Of a stretch of DNA of 64,000 nucleotides, positions 53,921 through 64,000 are shown one piece after another. The position numbers and the translations under genes were made by a program. The notes below the pieces were generated by a model. It did no database searches and was not told the origin of the DNA. It saw only the letters and a program-made list of their open reading frames with translations. The DNA comes from an uncultured Verrucomicrobiae bacterium (GTDB lineage Bacteria; Verrucomicrobiota; Verrucomicrobiia; Chthoniobacterales; UBA10450), in contig CAVTMK010000004.1 of assembly GCA_963735805.1 (NCBI GenBank), forward strand, positions 32,001-96,000. Direction: 5' to 3'. How positions within the stretch are numbered: position 1 is the stretch's first letter; each line of letters begins with the position of its first letter.

Positions 53921-54025
53921 CTTCTGAAATCCAAGCGAAATTTTGCAAATCGTCCGATTTAATGTTTACACTGTTTAACCTTTTGAGGTTTTCCCACGCT
54001 CTTCGGTTCTCTGATTTCTGATCAC

Positions 54026-55045
54026 ATGGCGCCTCTGGTCTCCATCCTAATACCGGCGTACAACGCTCAGCCCTGGATCGCCGAATCGATTCGTTCGGCG
54101 CTTGGGCAAACATGGCCCAATAAAGAGGTCATCGTGGTTGATGACGGATCTACTGATCGCACGCTGCAAATAGCCCGGCAATTTGAGACGAAAGGAGTCC
54201 GCGTTGTTACGCAGCCAAATCAAGGAGCTGCTGCCGCGCGAAACACGGCATTTTCCTTAAGTAGCGGCGATTACATTCAATGGCTCGACGCAGACGACCT
54301 GCTTTCCCCACACAAGGTCACTCACCAGATGGAGCAAGCGGACCAGGCGAAAGACCGACGGATACTTTTTTCTTCGCCATGGGGTTCTTTCCGATATCGG
54401 CCAAGCAAAGCAAAATTTATTCCTAGTGCCCTCTGGTTCGACCTTGCCCCGACTGAATGGCTGATAAGAAAGTGGGAAGGACACCTGCATGTACAAACCG
54501 CCACTTGGCTCGTCAGCCGAGAGTTGACTGAGGCGGCCGGGCCCTGGGACCCCCGACTTGTGGTAGACGACGATGGCGAATATTTCGCTCGCGTAATTGA
54601 TGCCAGTAGTGGCATTCGGTTCATTCCAGACAGCAGAGTGTACTACCGTATTACGCCAAGCACTCGCCTAAGTCATATCGGCCGATCGGACAAGAAAATG
54701 GAAGCGCAAGTCCTTGCGATGAAGCTACAGATTGAATACCTGCGCGCCCGGGAAGACAGTGTCCGTGTTCGCGCGGCCTGCGTGACCTGCTTGCAGGATT
54801 GGTTGCCTAGTTTCTACCCGAACCGTCCTGACCTGGTACAGGAAGCACAACAACTTGCCGAGAGTCTGGGAGGCCGGCTTTCTCTTCCCAAGGTATCGTG
54901 GAAGTTTGCCTGGATTGAAAAGCTTTTTGGCTTCGCGGCTGCAAAGCAAACCCAATTGTACTACAATCAGACCAAGTGTTCCATGCTAAGAGCGTGGGAC
55001 AGGATGATGCATTCTCTTCAGCGTGACCCGAGCTTGCCCAGTTAA
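54026..55045 (+). CDS. Glycosyltransferase family 2
   Basis: SILIPAYN, VDDGSTD, GAAAARN, WLDADD. Confidence 0.92.
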   Translation: MAPLVSILIPAYNAQPWIAESIRSALGQTWPNKEVIVVDDGSTDRTLQIARQFETKGVRVVTQPNQGAAAARNTAFSLSSGDYIQWLDADDLLSPHKVTHQMEQADQAKDRRILFSSPWGSFRYRPSKAKFIPSALWFDLAPTEWLIRKWEGHLHVQTATWLVSRELTEAAGPWDPRLVVDDDGEYFARVIDASSGIRFIPDSRVYYRITPSTRLSHIGRSDKKMEAQVLAMKLQIEYLRAREDSVRVRAACVTCLQDWLPSFYPNRPDLVQEAQQLAESLGGRLSLPKVSWKFAWIEKLFGFAAAKQTQLYYNQTKCSMLRAWDRMMHSLQRDPSLPS

Positions 55046-55083
55046 GAAACGAGACCAGTCGTTTCCTGGGTAAGAAAGCGGCA

Positions 55084-56757
55084 TTGATGAATATCAAACG
55101 CGCTATCGGCAGCGTGAGTCCAGTTAACCTGGATGTTCAAGAAATCGACATGACTACCAACAATAATTCGAGTGTGGCTCAAAGTGAGGCTATTTTGGTT
55201 GACGTGGCTCCGCGAGAAACAGGCGAACAGGATAGTGTGAGCAAACGGGTCGATCCCAACGACAAACATCTTAATACTGATCACCTCCTGGGTGATCTCA
55301 AGGGCCGAACCATCTCCGGGACTTTTATCACGGTCGCGGCGCAGGCAATCAAGTTCCTGTTAAACCTCGCGTTTATTATGGCGCTTGCGCGCCTGCTTAC
55401 ACCAAAGGATTTCGGCCTGTATGCCATGGTAACGACCATGATGGGTTTTCTCTGGATTTTTCAGGATATCGGGCTCTCTACAGCCACGGTGCAGCGGCAG
55501 GAGATTAACCACGCACAGGTGTCCAATCTGTTCTGGGTAAACGTTGGTGTGGGTGGTCTTGTTACACTGGTCGTTGCTGCATCGGCACCGGCAATCGCAT
55601 GGTTTTATCGCGAACCACGGCTTGTAAATATCACGCTCGCGCTTTCAATTACCTTTCTCCTTACCACCTCGGCGGTTCAACACATTGCGTTGTTAAACCG
55701 GCAGATGCGTTTCGGCGCCATCGCGACCATCGAGGTTACTTGCGTGCTCGGCGGTTACTTGACTGGCATCGGCATGGCGCTATCCGGATACGGCTACTGG
55801 GCGCTGGTTGGCGCCAACCTGATGCAAGTCGTCATTAGGCTTGTGCTGTCCTGGTTACTTTCGGGCTGGCGGCCTCGATTATTCTCGCGGAATGCTCAAA
55901 CTCGACACCTGCTGAGTTTCGGAGCAAACATCACGATTGGGAACCTGATAAACACGCTTGCTCGCGGTTTGGATAATGTTTTGATCGGCCGCTTTTTCGG
56001 TCCAGTGGCCGTTGGCCTGTATTCGAGAGCTTCCATCCTTCTCATGCGACCGCTGGAACAATTCACGATGCCAATCAATGCCGTGCTGATTCCGGCCCTG
56101 TCGCGGGTCCAAACCGAACCGGAACGATACCGTCGCACCTTTCTTCGCGTGTACAATGCGATGGCGTTGGTAACCTTTCTTTTCACTGGTCTACTTCTAG
56201 CTCTTGCTCGTCCTCTGACTCTTGTGGTACTCGGGGCGAAATTCGAACAGGCAGTGCCTATCTTCGCTGGCTTTACCATTGCGGCCCTTTGGGTTCCTCT
56301 GACGGGAGCCTCAACCTGGCTATTCCAAACTCAGGGGCGAGGCAAAGATTGGCTGTTCGCCAGCTTGCTCTGTTCCAGTATCACGATCGCCTCCTTTATT
56401 GTCGGTCTACCGTTTGGTCCTGTCGGACTCGCGATTTCTTTCTCCACAGCCGGACTTTTATTCGGGACGCCGGCTGTTTACTATTTTGCCGGACGGAGTG
56501 GCCCTGTAACTACGGCGGATTTGTGGTCTGGGATTTTCCGCTACATTCCGCTTTGGATAGTCGTCTGCGGCGTGACATGGCTGGTGCGCCTCCCTCTCGT
56601 GAACTCACGCCCATTCGTGCAAGTGCTCGTCAGCGCTCCCATTGGGCTTTTTGCTGGAGCGATCTTAATTTTGGTTGTACCTGCGATGCGTCGAGTGGCG
56701 TTTTCGCTCATTGATATTCTCCTGGAACTGAAATCCCGGACTTTTAATGCAAAATAG
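55084..56757 (+). CDS. wzx: Wzx polysaccharide flippase
   Basis: LARLLTPKDFG, DNVLIGRFFG..VGLYSRA, many TMs; exact start uncertain. Confidence 0.88.
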   Translation: MMNIKRAIGSVSPVNLDVQEIDMTTNNNSSVAQSEAILVDVAPRETGEQDSVSKRVDPNDKHLNTDHLLGDLKGRTISGTFITVAAQAIKFLLNLAFIMALARLLTPKDFGLYAMVTTMMGFLWIFQDIGLSTATVQRQEINHAQVSNLFWVNVGVGGLVTLVVAASAPAIAWFYREPRLVNITLALSITFLLTTSAVQHIALLNRQMRFGAIATIEVTCVLGGYLTGIGMALSGYGYWALVGANLMQVVIRLVLSWLLSGWRPRLFSRNAQTRHLLSFGANITIGNLINTLARGLDNVLIGRFFGPVAVGLYSRASILLMRPLEQFTMPINAVLIPALSRVQTEPERYRRTFLRVYNAMALVTFLFTGLLLALARPLTLVVLGAKFEQAVPIFAGFTIAALWVPLTGASTWLFQTQGRGKDWLFASLLCSSITIASFIVGLPFGPVGLAISFSTAGLLFGTPAVYYFAGRSGPVTTADLWSGIFRYIPLWIVVCGVTWLVRLPLVNSRPFVQVLVSAPIGLFAGAILILVVPAMRRVAFSLIDILLELKSRTFNAK

Positions 56758-57505
56758 CGTTAGTGCGTCTGTTCCATTGGCACAGCCCAAACCGCGCCGC
56801 GCGATATGGGGATTGTTTGATCGCAGGGAGCGGTGGTCGCTTTCCTGGCGCGGCAGGCTGATTGTCATTTCCGCTCTTTTGCTCCTCAGCGTGCTTGTTT
56901 TGAAGGCCGTTTACCCATTTCTTGCGATAACCCACCGCGTCGATGCGAATATCCTTGTAGTCGAGGGGTGGATAAATGAGTATGCAATTCGGGCGGCAGT
57001 AAAGGAATTCCAGGATAACCGCTATCAACGCGTTTTTGCGACAGGGGGACCGGTGGAAGGCACGGGAGGGTACACCAACGACTTCATGACCTCGGCCAGT
57101 GTTGGGGCGGATCTTTTGAAAAAAGCAGGCGTGCCGGAGCAATCGTTGCAGATGGTGCCATCCCGTGTGATGGACCGCGACAGAACGTACGGTTCGGCGG
57201 TTGCGCTGCGGAACTGGTTTCGCGACCATAACATGGTGGTGTCTGGCATCAATGTCGTTACCGAAGATGTACACGCGCGCCGCACGCGCCTGCTCTTCCA
57301 AAAAGCGCTCGGAAAGAACGTACCCGTTGGGATCATCGCCGTAGCGAACGCGGATTATCCCGCGAACGAATGGTGGCATTACAGCCAGGGTCTTAAAACT
57401 GTAGTTAGTGAGTTCGCGGCTTATTTATACGCCAGGTTTTTGTTCTTCCCGTCGCAACCGACGCATCCAGGTCAGGCGTCTCCGCTCTCGCCAGTGCATG
57501 ATTGA
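56747..57505 (+). CDS. YdcF/DUF218-like protein
   Basis: TM, ATGG, VVTEDVHARR. Confidence 0.75.
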   Translation: MQNSVSASVPLAQPKPRRAIWGLFDRRERWSLSWRGRLIVISALLLLSVLVLKAVYPFLAITHRVDANILVVEGWINEYAIRAAVKEFQDNRYQRVFATGGPVEGTGGYTNDFMTSASVGADLLKKAGVPEQSLQMVPSRVMDRDRTYGSAVALRNWFRDHNMVVSGINVVTEDVHARRTRLLFQKALGKNVPVGIIAVANADYPANEWWHYSQGLKTVVSEFAAYLYARFLFFPSQPTHPGQASPLSPVHD

Positions 57506-57508
57506 AAA

Positions 57509-58795
57509 ATGAAAATCGCTGTTATCGGTCTTGGCTATGTCGGGTTGCCGCTGTCGCTCCAGTTCGCGCGCTCGCACGTGGATGTAATGGGAATCGATGT
57601 TGATCCCCAAAAAGTGGACTTGCTGAAAAACGGGCAAAGCTACATCAAACATATTGAAGGATCGGCCGTCTCGGAATTAGTCAGTTCAGGGAAGTTTTCG
57701 GCGTCGACGGACTTCAGTCGCATCAAAGAGGTTGAAGCGATCATCATTTGCGTGCCCACGCCGCTTAGCAAAAATCGAGAGCCGGACACCTCGTTCGTTC
57801 TCGAGACAGGTCGAAGAATTGCGCCATACCTCTCCAAAGGGGCGTTAGTCGTCCTGGAATCGACGACTTATCCCGGGACAACTGACACCGATCTCCGCGC
57901 CGTCCTTGAGGAAGGATCGGGAATAAAAGCGGGGAAAGATTTTCACCTGGCCTTTTCACCGGAGCGAGAAGATCCGGCGAACGAACAGAGCAAGGTCAAG
58001 TCGATTCCGAAAGTTGTAGGAGGCTACACTCCAACCTGCCTCGACCGCGCGATGGCGCTGTACGGTAAGGCGATCGACACTCTTGTGCCGGTCTCTTCGT
58101 GTAGCGTGGCCGAAGCTACGAAGTTACTCGAGAATATTTTCCGGAGCGTCAATATTGCGCTGGTTAATGAGCTCAAGGTGGTTTATGCCGCCATGGGGAT
58201 TGACATCTGGGAAGTAATTGAAGCGGCGAAGACCAAGCCGTTTGGGTTCATGCCATTTTATCCCGGACCCGGTCTTGGCGGGCATTGCATCCCGATCGAT
58301 CCATTTTACCTGACATGGAAGGCTCACGAATACGGCCAGCATACGCGTTTCATTGAACTTGCGGGTGAGATCAACACACGAATGCCCGAGCATGTTGTGC
58401 ACAGGATTGCAGATGCTCTCAACACGCAATGCAAAGCTATCAACGGCTCCAGGATCCTGATTCTGGGGTTAGCCTATAAGCCGAATGTCGATGATGAGCG
58501 GGAGTCCCCCAGTTACGTGTTGATGAAGTTGCTGTCGGAACGGGGTGCGGAGGTGGCTTATCACGATCCGTATGTGCCCGTAATCAAACCGACCCGCGAG
58601 CACTCGCAATTCGCCGGAAGAAAATCCGTCGAGTGGAACCGTGCAACGATAGAGAGCTTCGATGTTGTTCTCATCGCGACCAACCATTCATCGGTGAATT
58701 ACCATGACCTTGGCGAGTGGGCCCGTTGCATAGTGGACACCCGAAACGCCATGGCTGGCGTGCCGGTCTTGCGGGGAAAAGTGTGGAAGGCATAG
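57509..58795 (+). CDS. UDP-N-acetylhexosamine 6-dehydrogenase (WbpA/TviB-like)
   Basis: GLGYVGLP, CVPTP, ESTTYPGTT, SPER, GPGLGGHCIPIDP. Confidence 0.92.
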   Translation: MKIAVIGLGYVGLPLSLQFARSHVDVMGIDVDPQKVDLLKNGQSYIKHIEGSAVSELVSSGKFSASTDFSRIKEVEAIIICVPTPLSKNREPDTSFVLETGRRIAPYLSKGALVVLESTTYPGTTDTDLRAVLEEGSGIKAGKDFHLAFSPEREDPANEQSKVKSIPKVVGGYTPTCLDRAMALYGKAIDTLVPVSSCSVAEATKLLENIFRSVNIALVNELKVVYAAMGIDIWEVIEAAKTKPFGFMPFYPGPGLGGHCIPIDPFYLTWKAHEYGQHTRFIELAGEINTRMPEHVVHRIADALNTQCKAINGSRILILGLAYKPNVDDERESPSYVLMKLLSERGAEVAYHDPYVPVIKPTREHSQFAGRKSVEWNRATIESFDVVLIATNHSSVNYHDLGEWARCIVDTRNAMAGVPVLRGKVWKA

Positions 58796-58959
58796 AACGC
58801 ACCCCGGACGTCCCTCAGTTCAGGCTTTTGTCCCCTCAAACGGCGACCCAAAACCCCTGCTCAAAAAAAGAGTGGAAGGGACAAAAAAAATGCTTGTCAT
58901 GAAAATTCATTCTGGTACGAACGACGGCGTTAGGCTTTCACTCTCAAGAAGCCTCCGTC

Positions 58960-61201
58960 ATGAAACGACTTGGAATCGTCTTCTTTACTCTAATTTTCAG
59001 CGGTTTTTTGGCTCCGCTGTGTCGGGCCGCGATTTACCAATCTAATGGGACGGCAGCCAGCGTTCAGTCTATTCACAACAACCAGGCCCAAAACGGCGAC
59101 ACGATCACGATTCCAGCCGGCACGTTTACATGGTCAACTGGGATTACAATAACCAAGGCGATCACCCTCCAAGGTGCAGGAGTAGGCGCCACAGTTGTCA
59201 GGGACGGCTTGCAATCCGGTCAACTCATTCAGGTCACGCTCGCCGCTGCAATCTAACGCGCATCACCGGGATTGAATTTCAGGACGGAGGCCGAACGAAC
59301 AGGGCATCTGACATATTGCGTGTTGTCGGTTCAAACACCGACGGCTCGAAATTTCGTTTTGACCATTGTAAATGGAACAACATGAACGGTGCGTCGGTAT
59401 TCGATACGGTAATCGGAGTAATAGATCACAACGCGTTCGTAATCGACAGGACTGGCCTGCCAATCAATATCTACGACTCCTATTGGAACGGACTAACCCT
59501 GGGTGACGGTTCGTGGGCGGCGCCGACTGGCTTTGGCTCATCGCAGTTCTTGTTCATCGAGGATAACACCTTTACGCACAGCGACCAATCCCAAAAAGGC
59601 GTTACAGATTCCTACGGAGGAGGGCGGTTTGTCGTCAGGCACAACAATATTTTCAACGGCCTCATATCTAATCACGGCACTGAAAGCACAGGACGCGTCC
59701 GCGGCGGCAGGGCAATGGAAGTGTATAACAATACATTTACCGGAACGGATCTTAACAGGTTCGTAGGCGGCGTACGCTCAGGAGGGGTGCTGTTTCACGA
59801 CAACAGCGTTAGCGGATATTGGGGCGATTCAGCGACGTTTACACTTGAAAATTTCCGAAACTTCTACCCGTTTGACCCCTGGGGCGGCGCTGACGGGACA
59901 AATGCATGGGATGTGAACGAGCCGAACGCATTCTTCACGGGGACGGCGGCGTCCAATAGCTCGAACAGAACCGTGACCGTCTCCGGCGTTAACTGGACAA
60001 CGAACTACTGGGCCGGATATGCTGTCAGGCGCACCAGCGATGTTTGCAGCTCAGGCAGCATTAGTTTCAGCGAGATTCTGAGCAACACATCGAACACGAT
60101 CACTTACTCGGATGACGGCTGGTTATCCGACACCGCCAGCCATGTCCTTCTGCGCAGGCGATTCACTTGAGATTCGTAAGGTAGTTCACGCCCTGGATCA
60201 GCCCGGTCGGGCGCTCGGTTCTTTGATTACTGGCAACCCGCCAGTTCGACCTACCGGATGGAACAACCAAGTGACCGAACCGTGCTACTCGTGGAATAAC
60301 ACGACTGGTAACGCACAAGTCAATTTTAGCGCAGGCCCGGGTGTCAGAGCCAATGTGCATTACTTTAACATACGCGTCGATGCCTGGCTATACGCCTTAC
60401 ACTTACCCACATCCATTAGTGTCAGGAGGAGGTGGTGGTGGGGTTGCGTTGCGAGCGGCAGTAACCGACTTTAACAGCGACGGCCACCCGGATTATATCC
60501 TTCGGAACGCCGGCACGGGTCAAACGGCTATCTGGTACTTAAACAACAATTTTTACGTCAGCGGCGCGTATGGCCCGACTCTCGTGCCTGGTTGGTCGCT
60601 ACGGGCGATGGCAGATTTCAACCTCGACAGTCATTCAGATTATGCACTGTTTGCCCCTGGCACGAATCAAACAGCACTGTGGTATTTATCTGGCCCAACG
60701 TTCATCGGAAGCGCTTACGGGCCGACTCTTCCGAATGGATGGGAATTTATTGGTGCGGCCGATTTTAACGGTGATAACAAACCGGATTACGTGCTTTACA
60801 ATGCCAACACTGGCCAAACAGCGGTTTGGTATATGAACAATAACGTTCACATAGGGAGTGGCTACGGGCCAACGATTCCGCCGGGTTGGGACCTGATTGG
60901 CGTAGGCGATTTTAACGGCGACGGCCACCCGGATTACGCCGTGATCATCAACAGCACTAACCAAACAGTGATCGGTTATTTATCAGGATTAACGCTGATT
61001 GGGGCTGCCCCGGGGCCAACTATTCCCGGGGGCTGGGCATTCGTAGCCGCCGCCGACTTTAATGGGGACGGCAAACCCGATTATGTGCTTTACAACGCTG
61101 GCCCTCGTCAAACAGCGATCTGGTATCTAAATAACAACGTCTTCGTCGGTTCCGCGTATGGTCCAACCCTTCCTAACGGCTGGAGCCTGACCGCGCCGTA
61201 A
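58960..61201 (+). CDS. Secreted beta-helix-like protein, paralog 2, with C-terminal FG-GAP-like repeats (frameshifts near 59250, 60120, 60370)
   Basis: Signal peptide, GDTITIPAGT, FIEDNTF, GYTPYTYPHPL, poly-Gly linker, five DFNxDxxxDY repeats. Confidence 0.78.
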
Positions 61202-61469
61202 CTGATCAGCTTATTTTGAGCGGCCTTTCCGCGTTTGCAGCGGTTTACGATTCTGACGGGGGATGAGATATGGGCATCTCATCGACCCTGGGTCCAGTAT
61301 GGAACCATGAAACAATGATCTGGTTTCTCGCAATAACTTCCCACGTACCCGGCGTTGGGCAGCGGTGGTGCGATGCGGTTCGATTTTCACCCGCAGGAGT
61401 CGATGAGGAAATATACGAATCAGCTGATATCGATCCGTATTTCTGTGCACAGCCATAAGCTATGAAAAT

Positions 61470-62648
61470 ATGCACACGCTGAACGACCAAGGTGGGGGAC
61501 GACACTTGTCCCAACCATCGGGGTCATCGCCTGCAGCTCGGGTTTGCATGCCAACCTGGAGAGGAGTCGCTCGCATGGCGTTTGAAGCGGCGAATTACGA
61601 AGCTGAGGATGTCTTCACGGAGGCTGATCACGTTGATCTCTTTCCACTGGAACCCGGCGTGGGCTTCAGGTTTAGAGAAAGATGCCAGCGTAGGCTCTTG
61701 TGGAGGGATGTGACTCGAACGCTGGCCTCCGTCAATCCCGGACTCCGTCCGGTCCGGCTTAGAAAGGAATACGACCTGTTTTTTTGCCGCTTCCAAACTC
61801 TTCGAGATGTGATTTACGTGAACGCCATGCAGGGTTGGAAGGATCGGTGCAGGACAAGCGTATGTTGGCTGGACGAATTGTATTCCGCCGAGGCGGTCCA
61901 TAGCCGAAATTACCTGCACATCCTGAAACGATTCGATCATGTGTTCGTTGGCTTCAAAGGCAGCGTAGACGCGATCAGCCAGGTAATTGGACGGCGTTGC
62001 CACTTCCTTCCCTATGGGGTTGACGCAATCCGTTTCAGCCCTTACCCGAACCCGCCGGCGCGGGTGATCGATGTTTACAGCCTGGGCCGTCGATTGGACG
62101 GTCTTCACCGGACGCTGCTTAAGTTCACGGCTGATCGGAACATGTTTTACGTTTATGAGACGCTCCAGGCTGGCGCGGAAAACCTGGTGTCCAACCATAG
62201 GCAGCACCGTGAATTACTGGCCAATCAGATCAAGCGGAGTCGATATTTTTTGGTTGCCCCTGGCAAGGTTAACCTGCCGCAGGAGACTCGAGGGCAAATT
62301 GAAGTGCCAGCTAGATTTTACGAGGGCGCGGCGGCAGGTGCCGTGATGATCGGCCAAGCCCCGGATTGTGAGCCGTTTCGCCAGCTTTTTGATTGGAAGG
62401 ACGCGGTTATTCCAATCGACCCCAATAGCTCCGATGTGGCGGACGTTTTGACTGAGCTTGCTGGTCAACCGGAGCGGCTCTGGGAAGCCAGCCGCCGGAA
62501 CGCCGCGGAAGCACTCCTTCGCCACGACTGGTCGTATCGCTGGAAAGAAATTCTTGCCATTGCCGGACTCGAACCCATGCCGCAGCTTGAGTTGCGGGAG
62601 AAACGACTGAAAGAACTGGCGGACATTGCAAGAAATTATCGATCGTAG
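61470..62648 (+). CDS. Glycosyltransferase (GT-B, CgeB-like)
   Basis: LPYGVD, RFYEGAAAG, RHDWSYRW. Confidence 0.75.
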   Translation: MHTLNDQGGGRHLSQPSGSSPAARVCMPTWRGVARMAFEAANYEAEDVFTEADHVDLFPLEPGVGFRFRERCQRRLLWRDVTRTLASVNPGLRPVRLRKEYDLFFCRFQTLRDVIYVNAMQGWKDRCRTSVCWLDELYSAEAVHSRNYLHILKRFDHVFVGFKGSVDAISQVIGRRCHFLPYGVDAIRFSPYPNPPARVIDVYSLGRRLDGLHRTLLKFTADRNMFYVYETLQAGAENLVSNHRQHRELLANQIKRSRYFLVAPGKVNLPQETRGQIEVPARFYEGAAAGAVMIGQAPDCEPFRQLFDWKDAVIPIDPNSSDVADVLTELAGQPERLWEASRRNAAEALLRHDWSYRWKEILAIAGLEPMPQLELREKRLKELADIARNYRS

Positions 62649-62804
62649 TGCCTTCCAGCGGGGGCGGTTGACAATGCACAGTACGTCCAACACAGGGGTC
62701 GCCAGCTAACTACAGCTCCCCCCCGTGCCACATGCGTGTACATTGAGTGTAACAGCGATCAACTAAAGCTTCGGGTCACACCGGCCAAAAATTTCAATCG
62801 CGCA

Positions 62805-64000
62805 GTGAAACAAAACAAAAAGAGTAACAAAATCGTTTTTTTCGGCGTGTTTGGTAATCAGAATTTGGGAAATGAATGCACGTTACAGGCTACTATGTAC
62901 AACATGCATAAGGCCGTGCCGGATGCAACATTTACATGCCTTTCCACAGTCCCCGAGGATACAGAACTAAGACACGGTGTCCCTGCATTTGCGGCCCATC
63001 AAGCCTATCCAGCTTGGTTAGACTCTCAATTGTGGTCTGGGCGACGCTTAGGCTTGATGAGATTACTGCGAAAGATTCTTTTCCGGGTTCCGCTAGAATT
63101 CATCCATTGGGCTAAGGGCTTTAAGGTGATCAAGGGGAGCCATATGCTCATCGTTCCCGGAACGCAGGTGGTGTCCGATTACCTGACCGGACCGTTTAGC
63201 TGGCCCTACGATATATTCAAATGGGCAATCATTGCCAAACTGTGCAGGGCTAGGTTGCTCTTCCTAAACATTGGAGTCGGCCCGATATATCATCCTCTGA
63301 GCAGGTGGTTCATTAGGGCAAGTCTCAATTTCTCGGACTATCGTAGTTATCGAGATATCGCCTCGAAAGAGTACGTGGAGAAAATGGGTCCCTCTCGGAA
63401 TAGTGACCGCGTTTATCCCGATTTAGCGTTTAGCTTGCAAAGCACGTTGTTACCAGTATGTCAGAACGTAGGTAAACAAAGGCCTGTCTTCGGTATTGGA
63501 CTAAAGGACTACCTCGGGCGAGAGGGTCTGCGTGATCGCCACAAGAATCCCAGCTATCGCGGCTACTTGAACATTTTAGGGGACCTTGTGGCCTGGTTGT
63601 TCGAGCGAAAGTACACGGTGCGACTGATCATAGGAGATCCCTTGTACGACAGCGGCGTGAAACAAGATTTCATGGAATCGCTGCGCGAGCGTGGATTACT
63701 GAATAAAGAAACACAGATTATTAATGAACCGGTTTTTACGGTACAACAGTTGTTGTCTCAAATCGCCGCCATCGACTTTTTGGTCACATCACGATTTCAT
63801 AACCTGGCATTGGCTCTTATGCTCAATAAGCCAGTGGTCTGCTTGTCAGACCATAGAAAGCTAGATTCCTTGATGACCGAAATAGGGTTGACAGAATATT
63901 GCCTTCCTCTTGCTAACTTGGACTTTGACACTTTGATCGATAGACTTGTTAAACTCGAAAAGAATGCCGAGCCGCTTAGGCTTTATATTAAACAGAAGAC
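62805..64000 (+). CDS. Polysaccharide pyruvyl transferase family protein (runs off the window)
   Basis: Translated by hand from GTG 62805: FGVFGNQNLGNE, IGVGP, PDLAF, TSRFH; absent from the ORF track, consistent with no stop before the edge. Confidence 0.82.
   Translation, partial: MKQNKKSNKIVFFGVFGNQNLGNECTLQATMYNMHKAVPDATFTCLSTVPEDTELRHGVPAFAAHQAYPAWLDSQLWSGRRLGLMRLLRKILFRVPLEFIHWAKGFKVIKGSHMLIVPGTQVVSDYLTGPFSWPYDIFKWAIIAKLCRARLLFLNIGVGPIYHPLSRWFIRASLNFSDYRSYRDIASKEYVEKMGPSRNSDRVYPDLAFSLQSTLLPVCQNVGKQRPVFGIGLKDYLGREGLRDRHKNPSYRGYLNILGDLVAWLFERKYTVRLIIGDPLYDSGVKQDFMESLRERGLLNKETQIINEPVFTVQQLLSQIAAIDFLVTSRFHNLALALMLNKPVVCLSDHRKLDSLMTEIGLTEYCLPLANLDFDTLIDRLVKLEKNAEPLRLYIKQK

Noticed and set aside
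60460..61201. ~147-nt tandem repeats as a nucleic-acid array
   Set aside because: They are explained by five FG-GAP-like protein repeats.
61270..61458. Short + strand ORF and imperfect hairpin
   Set aside because: No motif, RBS or other support.

Overview
This is a bacterial chromosome segment. The gene content and repeat families suggest a soil Verrucomicrobiota (Chthoniobacterales-like) genome, but that assignment is an inference. The first ~19.3 kb is housekeeping: a putative peptidoglycan hydrolase, a membrane pseudokinase, tRNA-Gln(UUG), sufCBD, tonB/exbD/exbB-like genes, lgt, a double-length uvrA carrying several in-frame repeat insertions, GTP-PEPCK, a rhomboid-like protein and gmhA. 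From ~20.2 kb to the right edge is one + strand Wzx/Wzy-type exopolysaccharide/capsule cluster that is unusually rich in decoration enzymes. These include two FemAB/GNAT-like proteins, two AsnB-like amide ligases (one lacking the glutaminase Cys), an SGNH/AMP-ligase/ACP/MBOAT acylation module, a pyruvyl transferase and two paralogous secreted beta-helix-like proteins. The best candidate for a new system is a non-canonical tRNA-Thr(CGU)-like gene (47009-47080) overlapping the stop codon of a FemAB-like GNAT gene, which suggests a dedicated tRNA for aminoacylating the polysaccharide. The second candidate is a four-helix-bundle gene bracketed by inverted heptamer arrays whose relatives are scattered through the window. 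Many cluster genes carry single-base frameshifts, most likely read errors. All product calls rest on motif recognition only; no searches were run.
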